A DNA stretch of 32,000 bases from Candidatus Lokiarchaeum ossiferum. GTDB taxonomy: Archaea > Asgardarchaeota > Lokiarchaeia > Sigyniarchaeales > Promethearchaeaceae. The DNA is taken from NCBI GenBank assembly GCA_025839675.1, contig CP104013.1:4350001-4382000 (forward strand), given 5' to 3'. A model generated the notes under the pieces. The model saw only the letters and a list, made by a program, of their open reading frames with translations, did no database searches and had not been told where the DNA came from. This document shows, one piece after another, positions 23,569 to 31,999 of the stretch. The translations under genes were made by a program, and so were the position numbers. The stretch's first letter is position 1, and each line of letters opens with the position of its first letter.

Positions 23569-23976
23569 TCAAGAAAATTCTACAATTGGAATTTGATTAG
23601 CAGCAGTTTCTAAATACAATCTATTTTTGTTCTCTATATTCCTGTCAACTAGGATTAATTCAATATTTTTATTTTTAATTACATTAAGAATATTTTTGGA
23701 ATGTGCTGTATTTCCCAAAAAAATTGTTTTAAATTGTGGGTTATAAGCATTCTTAATTGATTCTGTATATAAATGCAAATGAGATTGATTTTTTTCATCC
23801 AATTTGATAGTATTCAGTGTCTTTCTTATTTTTGGAAAATGTATTGAATCTTTCTTGACAATTAATATATTTCGGTCAAGATTTTTTCTCCTTTTATTTT
23901 TTTTGAGCCTATATTTTAAGATTTTCATATTTAAATTGCTTTCGCTTGCTTTCTTATTTTTTTGACTGGATTTCAT
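23569..23976 (-). CDS. Hypothetical basic protein; C-terminal third weakly resembles L7Ae/L30e-fold proteins
   Basis: 135 aa. Lys/Arg/Asn-rich N-terminus (KNKKASES..., RLKKNKRRKNLDR). The C-terminus GNTAHSKNILNVIKNKNIELILVDRNIENKNRLYLETAANQIPIVEF resembles the G-x4-K-x3-K-x-K-L-V-I-x-A-x-D...IP pattern. The resemblance is weak and unverified. Confidence 0.3.
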   Translation of the reverse strand: MKSSQKNKKASESNLNMKILKYRLKKNKRRKNLDRNILIVKKDSIHFPKIRKTLNTIKLDEKNQSHLHLYTESIKNAYNPQFKTIFLGNTAHSKNILNVIKNKNIELILVDRNIENKNRLYLETAANQIPIVEFS

Positions 23977-24049
23977 AATATCACCATTAAATTAATTAAA
24001 AAAAGATGGGAGTATAATCATTGGGTAGAAAATCCAAGCTATTGGCAGT

Positions 24050-24322
24050 TTATTGCGAAGAATTATCTTTTTTAGTTTTAAATATATATACATTCAAACT
24101 AATTAGGGTTATACTAATGAATACCATAGTGATAATCCTTACTGGTAAACTAACTCCTACAATCCCTGTAATTCCAAAAAGAACGAAAAGAGATAAAAAT
24201 CCAGACATAAGACTTAAAGAAAATAGTGCCAATTTTACGGATTCTTCCTTCTTCATATGAAATGAAACAGGGTACCCGGAATACGCTCTAACTGAAAAAT
24301 TCTGAATATTGCGCACCTCCAT
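24050..24322 (-). CDS. Hypothetical small membrane protein (2 TM)
   Basis: 90 aa with two clear hydrophobic helices. A competing 79-aa ORF lies on the plus strand (24021-24260). The choice of strand is uncertain. Confidence 0.25.
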   Translation of the reverse strand: MEVRNIQNFSVRAYSGYPVSFHMKKEESVKLALFSLSLMSGFLSLFVLFGITGIVGVSLPVRIITMVFISITLISLNVYIFKTKKDNSSQ

Positions 24323-24441
24323 TTTTTTTTACTATATTATGAAAGAAAATATTCATATTTATATGTTTCCATAATTTGGATTAGTCTTTTGTATGGACAC
24401 ATTTAAATTATTGTTTCACGTCTATTTAAATAGTGGCAATT

Positions 24442-24936
24442 ATGAGCTCAAAATCTTTATTTCTCAATGATATTATTAAATATTCGATCCTCTTTTTGAT
24501 TTTCCAAAGAGGAAATAAATGCAATGCAAAACAAATTCAAGATATTTTGGGTTTTAAAAAGCAAACGACATATAATTATCTCAAGGAATTAATTAATTCT
24601 GGTGATTTAATCGTTTCGTCACACTCTCACGAAACTAAAAAGCACATTAACGTATCTTATTATCAAGTGTCTAATCCTTCCAAATTTTTCGAATTTAAGC
24701 AAATTGAAGCCCTTAAAAACATGATCGACCACCAACAGAATGATGAACTTAGTAATATCGATCCTGATAAAATTAAGCAAGAATTCCGCCGATTTATGTT
24801 ATTTAAGATTGCAAAAAATCTGAAATTTAATCACTATCTCCAGTTGGTAGAAAATCAAGATTTTATTGAAGAAATTATGCAGAATCGAGACAAATTACCT
24901 TCAAAACAAGAAATTGACAATTTATTTTCTGAATAA
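24442..24936 (+). CDS. Winged helix-turn-helix DNA-binding protein (putative transcriptional regulator)
   Basis: CNAKQIQDILGFKKQTTYNYLKELINSGDLIV is a typical wHTH (ArsR/MarR-like) recognition segment. ATG at 24442 (GTG at 24433 is also possible). Confidence 0.5.
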   Translation: MSSKSLFLNDIIKYSILFLIFQRGNKCNAKQIQDILGFKKQTTYNYLKELINSGDLIVSSHSHETKKHINVSYYQVSNPSKFFEFKQIEALKNMIDHQQNDELSNIDPDKIKQEFRRFMLFKIAKNLKFNHYLQLVENQDFIEEIMQNRDKLPSKQEIDNLFSE

Positions 24937-24960
24937 ATAGGGAAAAAAAACAAAAGGAAT

Positions 24961-26223
24961 TTAATCATCAGAGTAGATTTCTTTATATTCTTTAATTTGG
25001 CCTTCAGTTAAGTTTTTTTCATCTTTCTTATCAAATTTGAACTTAGTGAGTTGAATCCCAAGAGCGAAGACGATTGCTGACAATCCACTAAGAACCCATC
25101 CAAAAATGTTTTCATTGGTTAAGGATAACAAAAATGTTCCGATCAGGGGAGAGATAATTTGGGAAAAGCTATCCAAAGACGAAGTTAATCCGTTAATTTT
25201 CCCTTGATTTTTGTGATCAACTACTCGCGATGCGAATCCCATCAAGATTCCTCGCGCCGAAGCTCCACAAAAACTTATGAAAAATACTGTCAAAGTAAGT
25301 TGCCAAGTAGTTCTCACCAAAGTTAGAAGGAAGAACGCAATTATATAGCCTCCCATTCCCATCAAGGCGGTCCATGTATCTCCAAATTTTTTCCGTATTC
25401 GATTAAAAAACAAAGATCGGTAGAAAATTTGAAAGACTCCCATTAAGGTATAGATGAGGCCAATATTTTTTTCATTTAGCCCCAACCTCAAAAATCCAAA
25501 AACGCTTAGCGTACTTTGGAACATGGTGGCTCCAATTACTAAAAGGCCATAAACCAAAAGTATATACATTGCTTGTTTATTTTGTAGGATTGAGGAAGAT
25601 CCACCTTTTTCCATTTTTTTTGATTGTTTCACTTGCCAATCTGCTAAAGTACCTGTTTTTAAGGGAAGTGTTTCTTTAAAATATACTGCTGTAAAGATAA
25701 TTGTTATTAGGGATAATGTACTGGCGAGTAATCCGGGGCCAATAATTCCAAAATCTGACAATAAGGCCCCTGTTCCCGGTCCAATCAATGATGCTAACGT
25801 AAAGGCGATTCCAATATTCGTCATTTGTTTTGATCTTTCTTTTGGGGGCACTACATCTCCTATGACGGCTTTTGAGATGGGAAATTGTCCTCCAAAAATA
25901 CCATCTACAATCCTCGCAATAAAGAGCATAGTGATATTCTGGGAAAACGCCAAAATTAGAAATCCGATGAAAGTTCCTAATTGAGAAATTAGTAGCAACT
26001 TTTTTCGCCCGAATTTATCACTTAAGGATCCTAAAATTGGTCCGCAAATGAATCCAAAAATGGCATTTGAGCTCAATAGAAGTCCAACTATTAATGGACT
26101 GCTGTTGTACTCGTTTACAAAGAATGGTAGAAACGGAAGAATGATGCTGAATCCAAGAATATCAACAAAAACTGCAATCCACAAAGGTGTTAATCGAGGA
26201 TATTGGAGATTTAGTTTTTTCAT
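24961..26223 (-). CDS. MFS transporter (DHA1 / tetracycline-resistance-like)
   Basis: About 12 TM. Motif A-like GPILGSLSDKFGRKKLLL between TM2 and TM3. The ORF-track start at 26286 is TTG; the ATG at 26223 (MKKLNLQYPRLTPLW...) is more plausible. Confidence 0.8.
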   Translation of the reverse strand: MKKLNLQYPRLTPLWIAVFVDILGFSIILPFLPFFVNEYNSSPLIVGLLLSSNAIFGFICGPILGSLSDKFGRKKLLLISQLGTFIGFLILAFSQNITMLFIARIVDGIFGGQFPISKAVIGDVVPPKERSKQMTNIGIAFTLASLIGPGTGALLSDFGIIGPGLLASTLSLITIIFTAVYFKETLPLKTGTLADWQVKQSKKMEKGGSSSILQNKQAMYILLVYGLLVIGATMFQSTLSVFGFLRLGLNEKNIGLIYTLMGVFQIFYRSLFFNRIRKKFGDTWTALMGMGGYIIAFFLLTLVRTTWQLTLTVFFISFCGASARGILMGFASRVVDHKNQGKINGLTSSLDSFSQIISPLIGTFLLSLTNENIFGWVLSGLSAIVFALGIQLTKFKFDKKDEKNLTEGQIKEYKEIYSDD

Positions 26224-26310
26224 ATCTACGACAAAATTTGTATTCCTATAAAAAATTGAGCTATGAAGAAATAATTTCTTGCCCAAAAAAACGAATAAAT
26301 TATTACTATA

Positions 26311-27201
26311 CTATGATCCAAAAATTAATGCTAATAAAGCTGCAAGTTGGGCCATTTTTAATAGAAAACTGGCGTTTTTTTGATTGCTGGGATTTATTTT
26401 ATCTTTTATTAATAATCCATTAGCAGTAATAACAATACCATCTTGTATAATTATGAATATAAGAAACCAAATTGACAGATCATAGAGAAAATACATGAGA
26501 TTGAAGCTAAAAATCCCCAACAATGAGAACACAATTGTAAAGATCGTTGCACTTGTATAACCCATTGTGTTTGCAATAGTTTTCACGCCAAATTTTTGGT
26601 CGCCAGCAACATCCTGCATTCCTTTGACAAATTCTCTGGAAGTTAATAACACGGCCGCCCCTAACATTGTATACCAGATTATTCCCGGAACATTTGAGAA
26701 TGGTTGAAGAAATAATGATGCAAATGGAAATCCGACAGCACTGGCAATTCCAACCATGATGTTCCCGGGTAATCCCGATGCTTTTGCTTTCCAAGAGTAT
26801 ACAAATCCTACTCCTTCGAAAAATAACACGATAAGGGGGATCCAAATCCCATTAACTGTAATTGCTCCAATGACTCCTGCTAAGACCAATGCAATTCCAT
26901 TTAGAAGTGCATAATATCGTAGTGCCATTTTTTTGGAGATCTCACCCCTAGGAAGTGGACGATTAGGACGATTCACCAGATCTGCTTCAATATCAAAGTA
27001 ATCATTTATAGTGTTAGTTCCTCCTGCGACTGTAAAGAAGATAATAAATCCCAAGATTGTCATGATCAGATTTTTAGGAGTGATCAGAAAAGTCCAAAAG
27101 GATTTTTCTTCATGGGAAATCATTAGCCCGATCACAACCGAAATTCCACCAAAAATCGCATTAATTGGACGTAAAATTTCAATTCTCGTTTTAAATTTCA
27201 T
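26311..27201 (-). CDS. UbiA-family prenyltransferase, most similar in motif pattern to archaeal digeranylgeranylglyceryl phosphate (DGGGP) synthase
   Basis: First Asp-rich motif NTINDYFDIEADLVNRPNRPLPRGEIS. Second motif KGMQDVAGDQKFGVKT. About 8-9 TM in 296 aa. The substrate assignment is inferred. Confidence 0.65.
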   Translation of the reverse strand: MKFKTRIEILRPINAIFGGISVVIGLMISHEEKSFWTFLITPKNLIMTILGFIIFFTVAGGTNTINDYFDIEADLVNRPNRPLPRGEISKKMALRYYALLNGIALVLAGVIGAITVNGIWIPLIVLFFEGVGFVYSWKAKASGLPGNIMVGIASAVGFPFASLFLQPFSNVPGIIWYTMLGAAVLLTSREFVKGMQDVAGDQKFGVKTIANTMGYTSATIFTIVFSLLGIFSFNLMYFLYDLSIWFLIFIIIQDGIVITANGLLIKDKINPSNQKNASFLLKMAQLAALLALIFGS

Positions 27202-27340
27202 CGGTCTACAAAACTATTTTGCTGATGAACAAAATAAATCATTTTGTTTTGATGGTGCGGGGTGAAAACAGATTACTAACATATTTAAAGCTAAAATCCA
27301 ATTTTCTTCCATATCAGTGTTAAAAATGCGGTAAACCAAA

Positions 27341-28255
27341 ATGGAAAATAGCAAGATGACCGAACTATCTGAATTTAAAAAAAAATTTCAAAATCATCAA
27401 ATCTCCGATGAAGGTGTGGAAATACCTCTTATTTTAGAAGGTCAATATCGGCGTGCTTATGATATATTAACTGATGCTTATAATGCTGGGCTCTATGCTG
27501 GAATTGTGGGTCCAGTCGGATCCGGAAAAACTGCTCTCTGTCGGAAATTTGCCGAGGATCAAAAGCTTGGCTTTTCTTGGGTTACATTTTCCGATTTAAT
27601 TCGCCCAAGTTCATTGATAGGTACATTTGATCCAACATTAGTATTCAAGTTGGGATATAGTGTGGATTCCTTTATCCCTGGACCTTTCACCTTAGCTAGC
27701 ATTGAAGGTAATATTTTCTTTGCAAATGAAGTAAATCGTGGTGAAGAGTATGTTTTGAACACATTGCTTGATGCGTTGGAAGAAAAGCGCCTCTATATAC
27801 CACAATTAAAGACTTGGGTATCCTTAGATGATCAGTTTTATTTTATTGCTTCAATGAATCCAAGTGACCTTCGCGGGACACGCGTATTACCCGAAGCATT
27901 TAAGGATCGGATACGGGTCTGGATCACCCTCGATTATCCTACCAAAGACGTTGAAAAAAAAATCATTCGAATGAATTGTCCTGAATTGAGTTTACGAGAA
28001 CAAGATATTGATAAAATTATTGAAATTGTGGCTCAAACACGTCAATCTCCTTTGATAACTAAGCCAGCCTCCATTCGAACTTCTATTAGTTTTGCGAAAT
28101 TGCTTGGACAAAGATGCAGTCGGTTAAATGTTGAACCTTCTTTAGATCTCTTTGTGGATATTGGTCGTTTAGTTTTAAATCAAAATTTAGAATCTAGTCC
28201 CGGAATTACTGTTGAAAAGATTGTTGATGAGATAATTTCAGCTGTTTTTTGTTAA
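27341..28255 (+). CDS. AAA+ ATPase of the MoxR / CbbQ-NorQ-GvpN (AAA_5) class
   Basis: Walker A GPVGSGKT (27509-27532). Walker B region IFFANEVNR (27713-27739), with Asn at the usual Asp position. Sensor-1-like FIASMNP. LPEAFKDRI. Lid segment KPASIRTSISFAKL. Confidence 0.8.
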   Translation: MENSKMTELSEFKKKFQNHQISDEGVEIPLILEGQYRRAYDILTDAYNAGLYAGIVGPVGSGKTALCRKFAEDQKLGFSWVTFSDLIRPSSLIGTFDPTLVFKLGYSVDSFIPGPFTLASIEGNIFFANEVNRGEEYVLNTLLDALEEKRLYIPQLKTWVSLDDQFYFIASMNPSDLRGTRVLPEAFKDRIRVWITLDYPTKDVEKKIIRMNCPELSLREQDIDKIIEIVAQTRQSPLITKPASIRTSISFAKLLGQRCSRLNVEPSLDLFVDIGRLVLNQNLESSPGITVEKIVDEIISAVFC

Positions 28256-28296
28256 ACATCTAGGAATTTAGATATGCAAAAATTGGATAAATAAAA

Positions 28297-30501
28297 ATGT
28301 TTGGAATCGCTCTTGATCTTGAAGAATTTATCTCTACTTTTATCCGTCGGATGCGGCAACATGAGAAAATTCGAAGTCCTCCGAGTATTCGTCAAGGGAT
28401 TGCTCTTTTTAAACTTCTAAATTCTCGTTTCCATCGATCTCCTCCCCTAAACATGCAAGATCTTTTGGAAGCAGCTATTATCACCACTTATTACTTGGAT
28501 CAACATATAGCTTCTGAAATTGCCCAAGATATCATCATCAGCACTTTGAACGAACGCATTGCAGATTCTCGGGAATTCCGAAGCTATGGAACATACGAAA
28601 ATTTACTTACCTTAGGCAATTTTGGGGCGGATTATTTGAAAGATATCAGGGTCTTGGATAAATTAATGAAGGCGGATCCTTCTGTCTTCCAAGATACTTC
28701 CAAGTTCTTAGATGAAATCTATGATGCCATAAAACAAGACTTAAGTCTTCAAGATCTACAATTTCTCGAAAAACGTGATAAATTAGAAGAAAATCTTGGT
28801 GATATTACTGATCCTGAACTTTCCATGTATGCTAATAAACTTCTTGGGAATGATAATCAATGGAAATCCCAGTTGGGTGAAATAATGCAAGATTTATCGA
28901 AAGATCTGCAGAAAATATTTAAGAATTTAAATGAATTGGGTGTTTCTAACGATGAAATTGAACAAATGAAGCAAGAATTTTGTATGGACGATAAAGATGG
29001 TAACTCACAATTCAAAAATTCTTCCGATTCTCGAGATTTTTCAGATTCTCATTCCGACTCTCTCACTCAACAGATATCAGATTCGATCGCCTCCAATTCT
29101 TTATCGCAGGATTCATCACGCTCTGAACTTGATCCAGATCAAATGGATCCTATGAATTTTTCTCAATTAAAAGAACTGATGGAAAAAAGCACAAAAATAC
29201 CTCCACAGTCTTCCTGGGATTCCACAAAATTTAAACAAGCTCTTGAAGAGATAAGATCAGCTGCGAAAGATCTATTGCAGCAAAGTACGACACAAGAACA
29301 ATTTTTCGAACAATTACAAGAAATGATGGAAAATTTGGTTCCTTGTGATATTCAAGATATTCAGGACATTGCCAATAATTTAGGGGTGGATCCATCTCAC
29401 CTCGATACAATACTTAATCAACCCTTGAATAATTTGCATGATCTAATTGAAAAAAATTTAGGAAATATGGGGCAATTTTCCAATATGATTCAACAATTGG
29501 GTCCAGATTCAAATATGAGCCGTGATTTGATTCAAAAAGGTATAGAATTTCAAAATTCCGAATTTCTGGGCTCTATGGCTCAATTCTCGCTAGAAGAAAC
29601 TGCCAATGCTGTAGCCAAGAAAAATAGTGATAGGTTGAATGCCTTGTTTTTACAGGGGCTTCGAAAAGCTTCTGGGGATAACCTCCTTCATTCGTGGTTT
29701 TTTCATCAATCCAAACTGTCTACCTCCATACGTGTGCTAATTAAACAATTTCTTCAACAACTCATTATTGATAAAGCCTGTTTTGTTGTAAAACATCAAA
29801 TGGGGAAGTTGAAACATGGTTTGATGTTCTCATCTCAAGATTTGCGATATTATCGTCCTGGAGATCCCATTTCTCAAGTCGATTTGGAGGCAACCTTTGA
29901 ACATTTATTAGATCAAGGGAAAAATCTCTCCACATTGAATCAAAATGATATCCTATGTCGGAAAGAAGGAGGAAGCTCAGTGAAATGTTTTCTTATTCTC
30001 GATAAATCTGGTTCTATGGAAGGAACGAAATTAAAACTCGCAACCTATTCAACCGCGGTGTTATCTTCTTTTCTCAAACGGGAAGATTTTTCAATAGTTC
30101 TCTTCGATAGCGATGCTTATAAATTCAAAACCTTCACTTCGCATGTAGATCTCGATACAATCGTAAGTTCCTTATTGGATCTTTCGGCTGAAGGTGGGAC
30201 TCAGATCGAACAAACTCTAAACTATGTTGCTCAAGAATGTGCAAAATGCCCCGCGAATCAAAAATTTCTCATCTTTCTTTTTTCGGATTTGGCTGTCTAT
30301 GAACAACCTGCCGAACTAAAGACCATTCTAAATCAAATGCAAAAATATCAAATTGATATTCATTTATTTCATCCTGAAAATCCCAATAAACTAATTTTGC
30401 AATGTTTAGAATCCATTTTACCCGTCTATGTTCATCACATTACTTCATTAAGCCAGATCCCTCAAATTTTAACTCGAGCTTTTCATACGGCTTTAAAATA
30501 A
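28297..30501 (+). CDS. Large von Willebrand factor A (VWA) domain protein, partner of the upstream AAA+ (CbbO/NorD-like architecture)
   Basis: C-terminal VWA domain with MIDAS D-x-S-x-S in FLILDKSGSMEG (30001-30015), plus later T and D positions (AEGGTQIE, FLFSDL). Long helical N-terminal region. Asp/Ser-rich low-complexity segment around 28990-29150. Starts 41 nt after the ATPase stop. Confidence 0.8.
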   Translation: MFGIALDLEEFISTFIRRMRQHEKIRSPPSIRQGIALFKLLNSRFHRSPPLNMQDLLEAAIITTYYLDQHIASEIAQDIIISTLNERIADSREFRSYGTYENLLTLGNFGADYLKDIRVLDKLMKADPSVFQDTSKFLDEIYDAIKQDLSLQDLQFLEKRDKLEENLGDITDPELSMYANKLLGNDNQWKSQLGEIMQDLSKDLQKIFKNLNELGVSNDEIEQMKQEFCMDDKDGNSQFKNSSDSRDFSDSHSDSLTQQISDSIASNSLSQDSSRSELDPDQMDPMNFSQLKELMEKSTKIPPQSSWDSTKFKQALEEIRSAAKDLLQQSTTQEQFFEQLQEMMENLVPCDIQDIQDIANNLGVDPSHLDTILNQPLNNLHDLIEKNLGNMGQFSNMIQQLGPDSNMSRDLIQKGIEFQNSEFLGSMAQFSLEETANAVAKKNSDRLNALFLQGLRKASGDNLLHSWFFHQSKLSTSIRVLIKQFLQQLIIDKACFVVKHQMGKLKHGLMFSSQDLRYYRPGDPISQVDLEATFEHLLDQGKNLSTLNQNDILCRKEGGSSVKCFLILDKSGSMEGTKLKLATYSTAVLSSFLKREDFSIVLFDSDAYKFKTFTSHVDLDTIVSSLLDLSAEGGTQIEQTLNYVAQECAKCPANQKFLIFLFSDLAVYEQPAELKTILNQMQKYQIDIHLFHPENPNKLILQCLESILPVYVHHITSLSQIPQILTRAFHTALK

Positions 30502-30642
30502 ATGCCATCAATTAAGATGATGCGTATTTTGTGATTTAAACCATGAAAAAAGCCTTCGTGTGTTTCTATCACATCAATGTAGCTGTAAGAAATCTTTTTT
30601 AATCCATGATCCCATAAATGGTTATAAAAAAAGTGATTTATT

Positions 30643-31767
30643 GTGAAACTTAAAGTAAATTTTGCTCGAATTGGTGCCCTTTTGTTGATTATCAGTTTTA
30701 CTGGTAATGTTTTGGGTTCATTGGTCCAATTTGAACCCGCCTCTTTTAATGTAATTCCTCGATCGAGCCAAAGTGTTCCGATAATTGCTGATCATACGAT
30801 TGTTGATCAAGTTCGGTTAGATCTTATCGCTGATGTTGATATCATTAACGCTAAAAATTCTCTTCACATTGCTTACGGCCACACTTCGCATGGGAGTCAA
30901 GTTACAGAGGGAATGGCTCCACTTTCTGCTTTTAAAGAAGCCAATGGAGGGACCGAGGGTTTATATGATTGGCATGATGGACCGGAAACGGGATCCTTAG
31001 ATTTGGATGATTACTTCATGAGTGGTGATCTGGGCCATAACGGTGATCTTGCTTGGGCCACTTCAACACGTACATATCTTGATAACAGTGCAAATTCTGA
31101 TGTCAATGTAGTAATGTGGTCATGGTGTGGAGGGGTGTCTGATAACACCGAAGAAGGCATTAATATTTATCTCAATGAGATGAATACCTTGGAATCCGAA
31201 TATCCTGATGTGCAATTTGTTTATATGACCGGTCATGCCTCTTCCTCCGGCACTGGGGAGTTGGGAAACACTCATATTCGAAATCAACAAATTCGCGATT
31301 ATTGTGTTACAAATAATAAGATCTTGTTTGATTTTTATGATATCGAATGTTACAATCCTTCGGGAGACTACTTTGGCAATAAAAATGTAACAGATGCTTG
31401 CTCTTATGATAGTGATGAAAATGGTAGTTTGGATGGGAATTGGGCAACAGAATGGCAAGAACAACATACTGAAGATGTAGACTGGTATTCCTGTGGGGCC
31501 GCTCATAGTGTTGCATTAAATGCCAATATGAAAGCTTATGCTGCGTGGTGGATGTTTGCTGTTATTGCAGGTGCCGATATTAACACAGCAACAACTAATA
31601 CGGATTCCAGTAGTTCCAGTTCTACTTCATCTAACACAGATCCAAGTTCTACAACAACAGGGGAATTTTTAGGGATGAGTTATAACACTCTAATCGGGGC
31701 TGGATTTGGTTTAGGATTTGTTGCAATTGTTGTTACCTTAGGTATTGTTATTAAAAAACAAATGTAA
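30643..31767 (+). CDS. Secreted protein anchored by a Ser/Thr-rich stalk and a C-terminal TM helix; unassigned globular domain
   Basis: GTG start. Signal-peptide-like MKLKVNFARIGALLLIISFTGNVLGS. Globular part with HIAYGHTSHGSQV, VVMWSWCGGVS and FVYMTGHA. C-terminus TTNTDSSSSSSTSSNTDPSSTTTG, followed by GAGFGLGFVAIVVTLGIVIKKQM. Confidence 0.6.
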   Translation: MKLKVNFARIGALLLIISFTGNVLGSLVQFEPASFNVIPRSSQSVPIIADHTIVDQVRLDLIADVDIINAKNSLHIAYGHTSHGSQVTEGMAPLSAFKEANGGTEGLYDWHDGPETGSLDLDDYFMSGDLGHNGDLAWATSTRTYLDNSANSDVNVVMWSWCGGVSDNTEEGINIYLNEMNTLESEYPDVQFVYMTGHASSSGTGELGNTHIRNQQIRDYCVTNNKILFDFYDIECYNPSGDYFGNKNVTDACSYDSDENGSLDGNWATEWQEQHTEDVDWYSCGAAHSVALNANMKAYAAWWMFAVIAGADINTATTNTDSSSSSSTSSNTDPSSTTTGEFLGMSYNTLIGAGFGLGFVAIVVTLGIVIKKQM

Positions 31768-31777
31768 TTTTTTTTTT
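31768..31777 (+). terminator. Oligo-T run directly after the stop codon
   Basis: T10 follows the TAA at 31765-31767. The position is shared with the convergent gene on the minus strand. Confidence 0.4.
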
Positions 31778-31808
31778 AGTTCTACTTATCGCTGACACTG
31801 AGAGGTTT

Positions 31809-31999
31809 TTCATTCTCTTGGGAACAAAATTGCTCTCACTGGGGCAGCTTCCACATTTTCCAAGGCTAAAGGGAAACAGCTTAACCAATATTTTCCTGGT
31901 TTTACTTCATGCAGATTTATTCCTTCTAAGATCAAAATATTTGCCTTTAAGAGAAGCTTATGAATTGGAAATGCGATATTACCAAATTGTTCAATTGAT
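31809..31999 (-). CDS. C-terminal fragment of a cyclase-family (kynurenine/aryl formamidase-like) protein; the start lies beyond the window
   Basis: Not in the ORF track because it has no start in the window. Minus-strand translation from the window edge gives SIEQFGNIAFPIHKLLLKANILILEGINLHEVKPGKYWLSCFPLALENVEAAPVRAILFPRE*. The ...L-E-x-(I/L)-N-L-x-x-V-x-x-G-x-Y-x-L-x-x-x-P-L-x-x-x-x-x-x-x-x-P-V-R-A pattern resembles cyclase-family C-termini. Stop at 31809-31811. Confidence 0.4.

Noticed and set aside
24021-24260. 79-aa plus-strand ORF as a gene.
   Set aside because: It almost fully overlaps the 90-aa minus-strand ORF, which has two cleaner TM helices. Neither has homology support, so I listed only the minus-strand ORF, at low confidence.
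27341-30501. The AAA+/VWA pair as an anti-phage defence module.
   Set aside because: No nuclease, protease, TIR/SIR2, or effector-like domain is attached or adjacent. The architecture matches chaperone or activase pairs (CbbQO/NorQD/MoxR-VWA) better.
31600-31767. PGF-CTERM / archaeosortase sorting signal at the C-terminus of the secreted protein.
   Set aside because: The S/T-rich stalk plus TM helix looks similar in layout, but the sequence reads GAGFGLGF and lacks the P-G-F tripeptide. No archaeosortase gene is in the window. I left it as a plain TM anchor.
1-31999. CRISPR arrays, IS elements, integrases, or long direct or inverted repeats marking a mobile island.
   Set aside because: None seen. 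The only exact DNA repeats I noticed are the 12-nt coding repeat inside the 818-aa gene and the 15-nt promoter-region repeat at 21866-21909.
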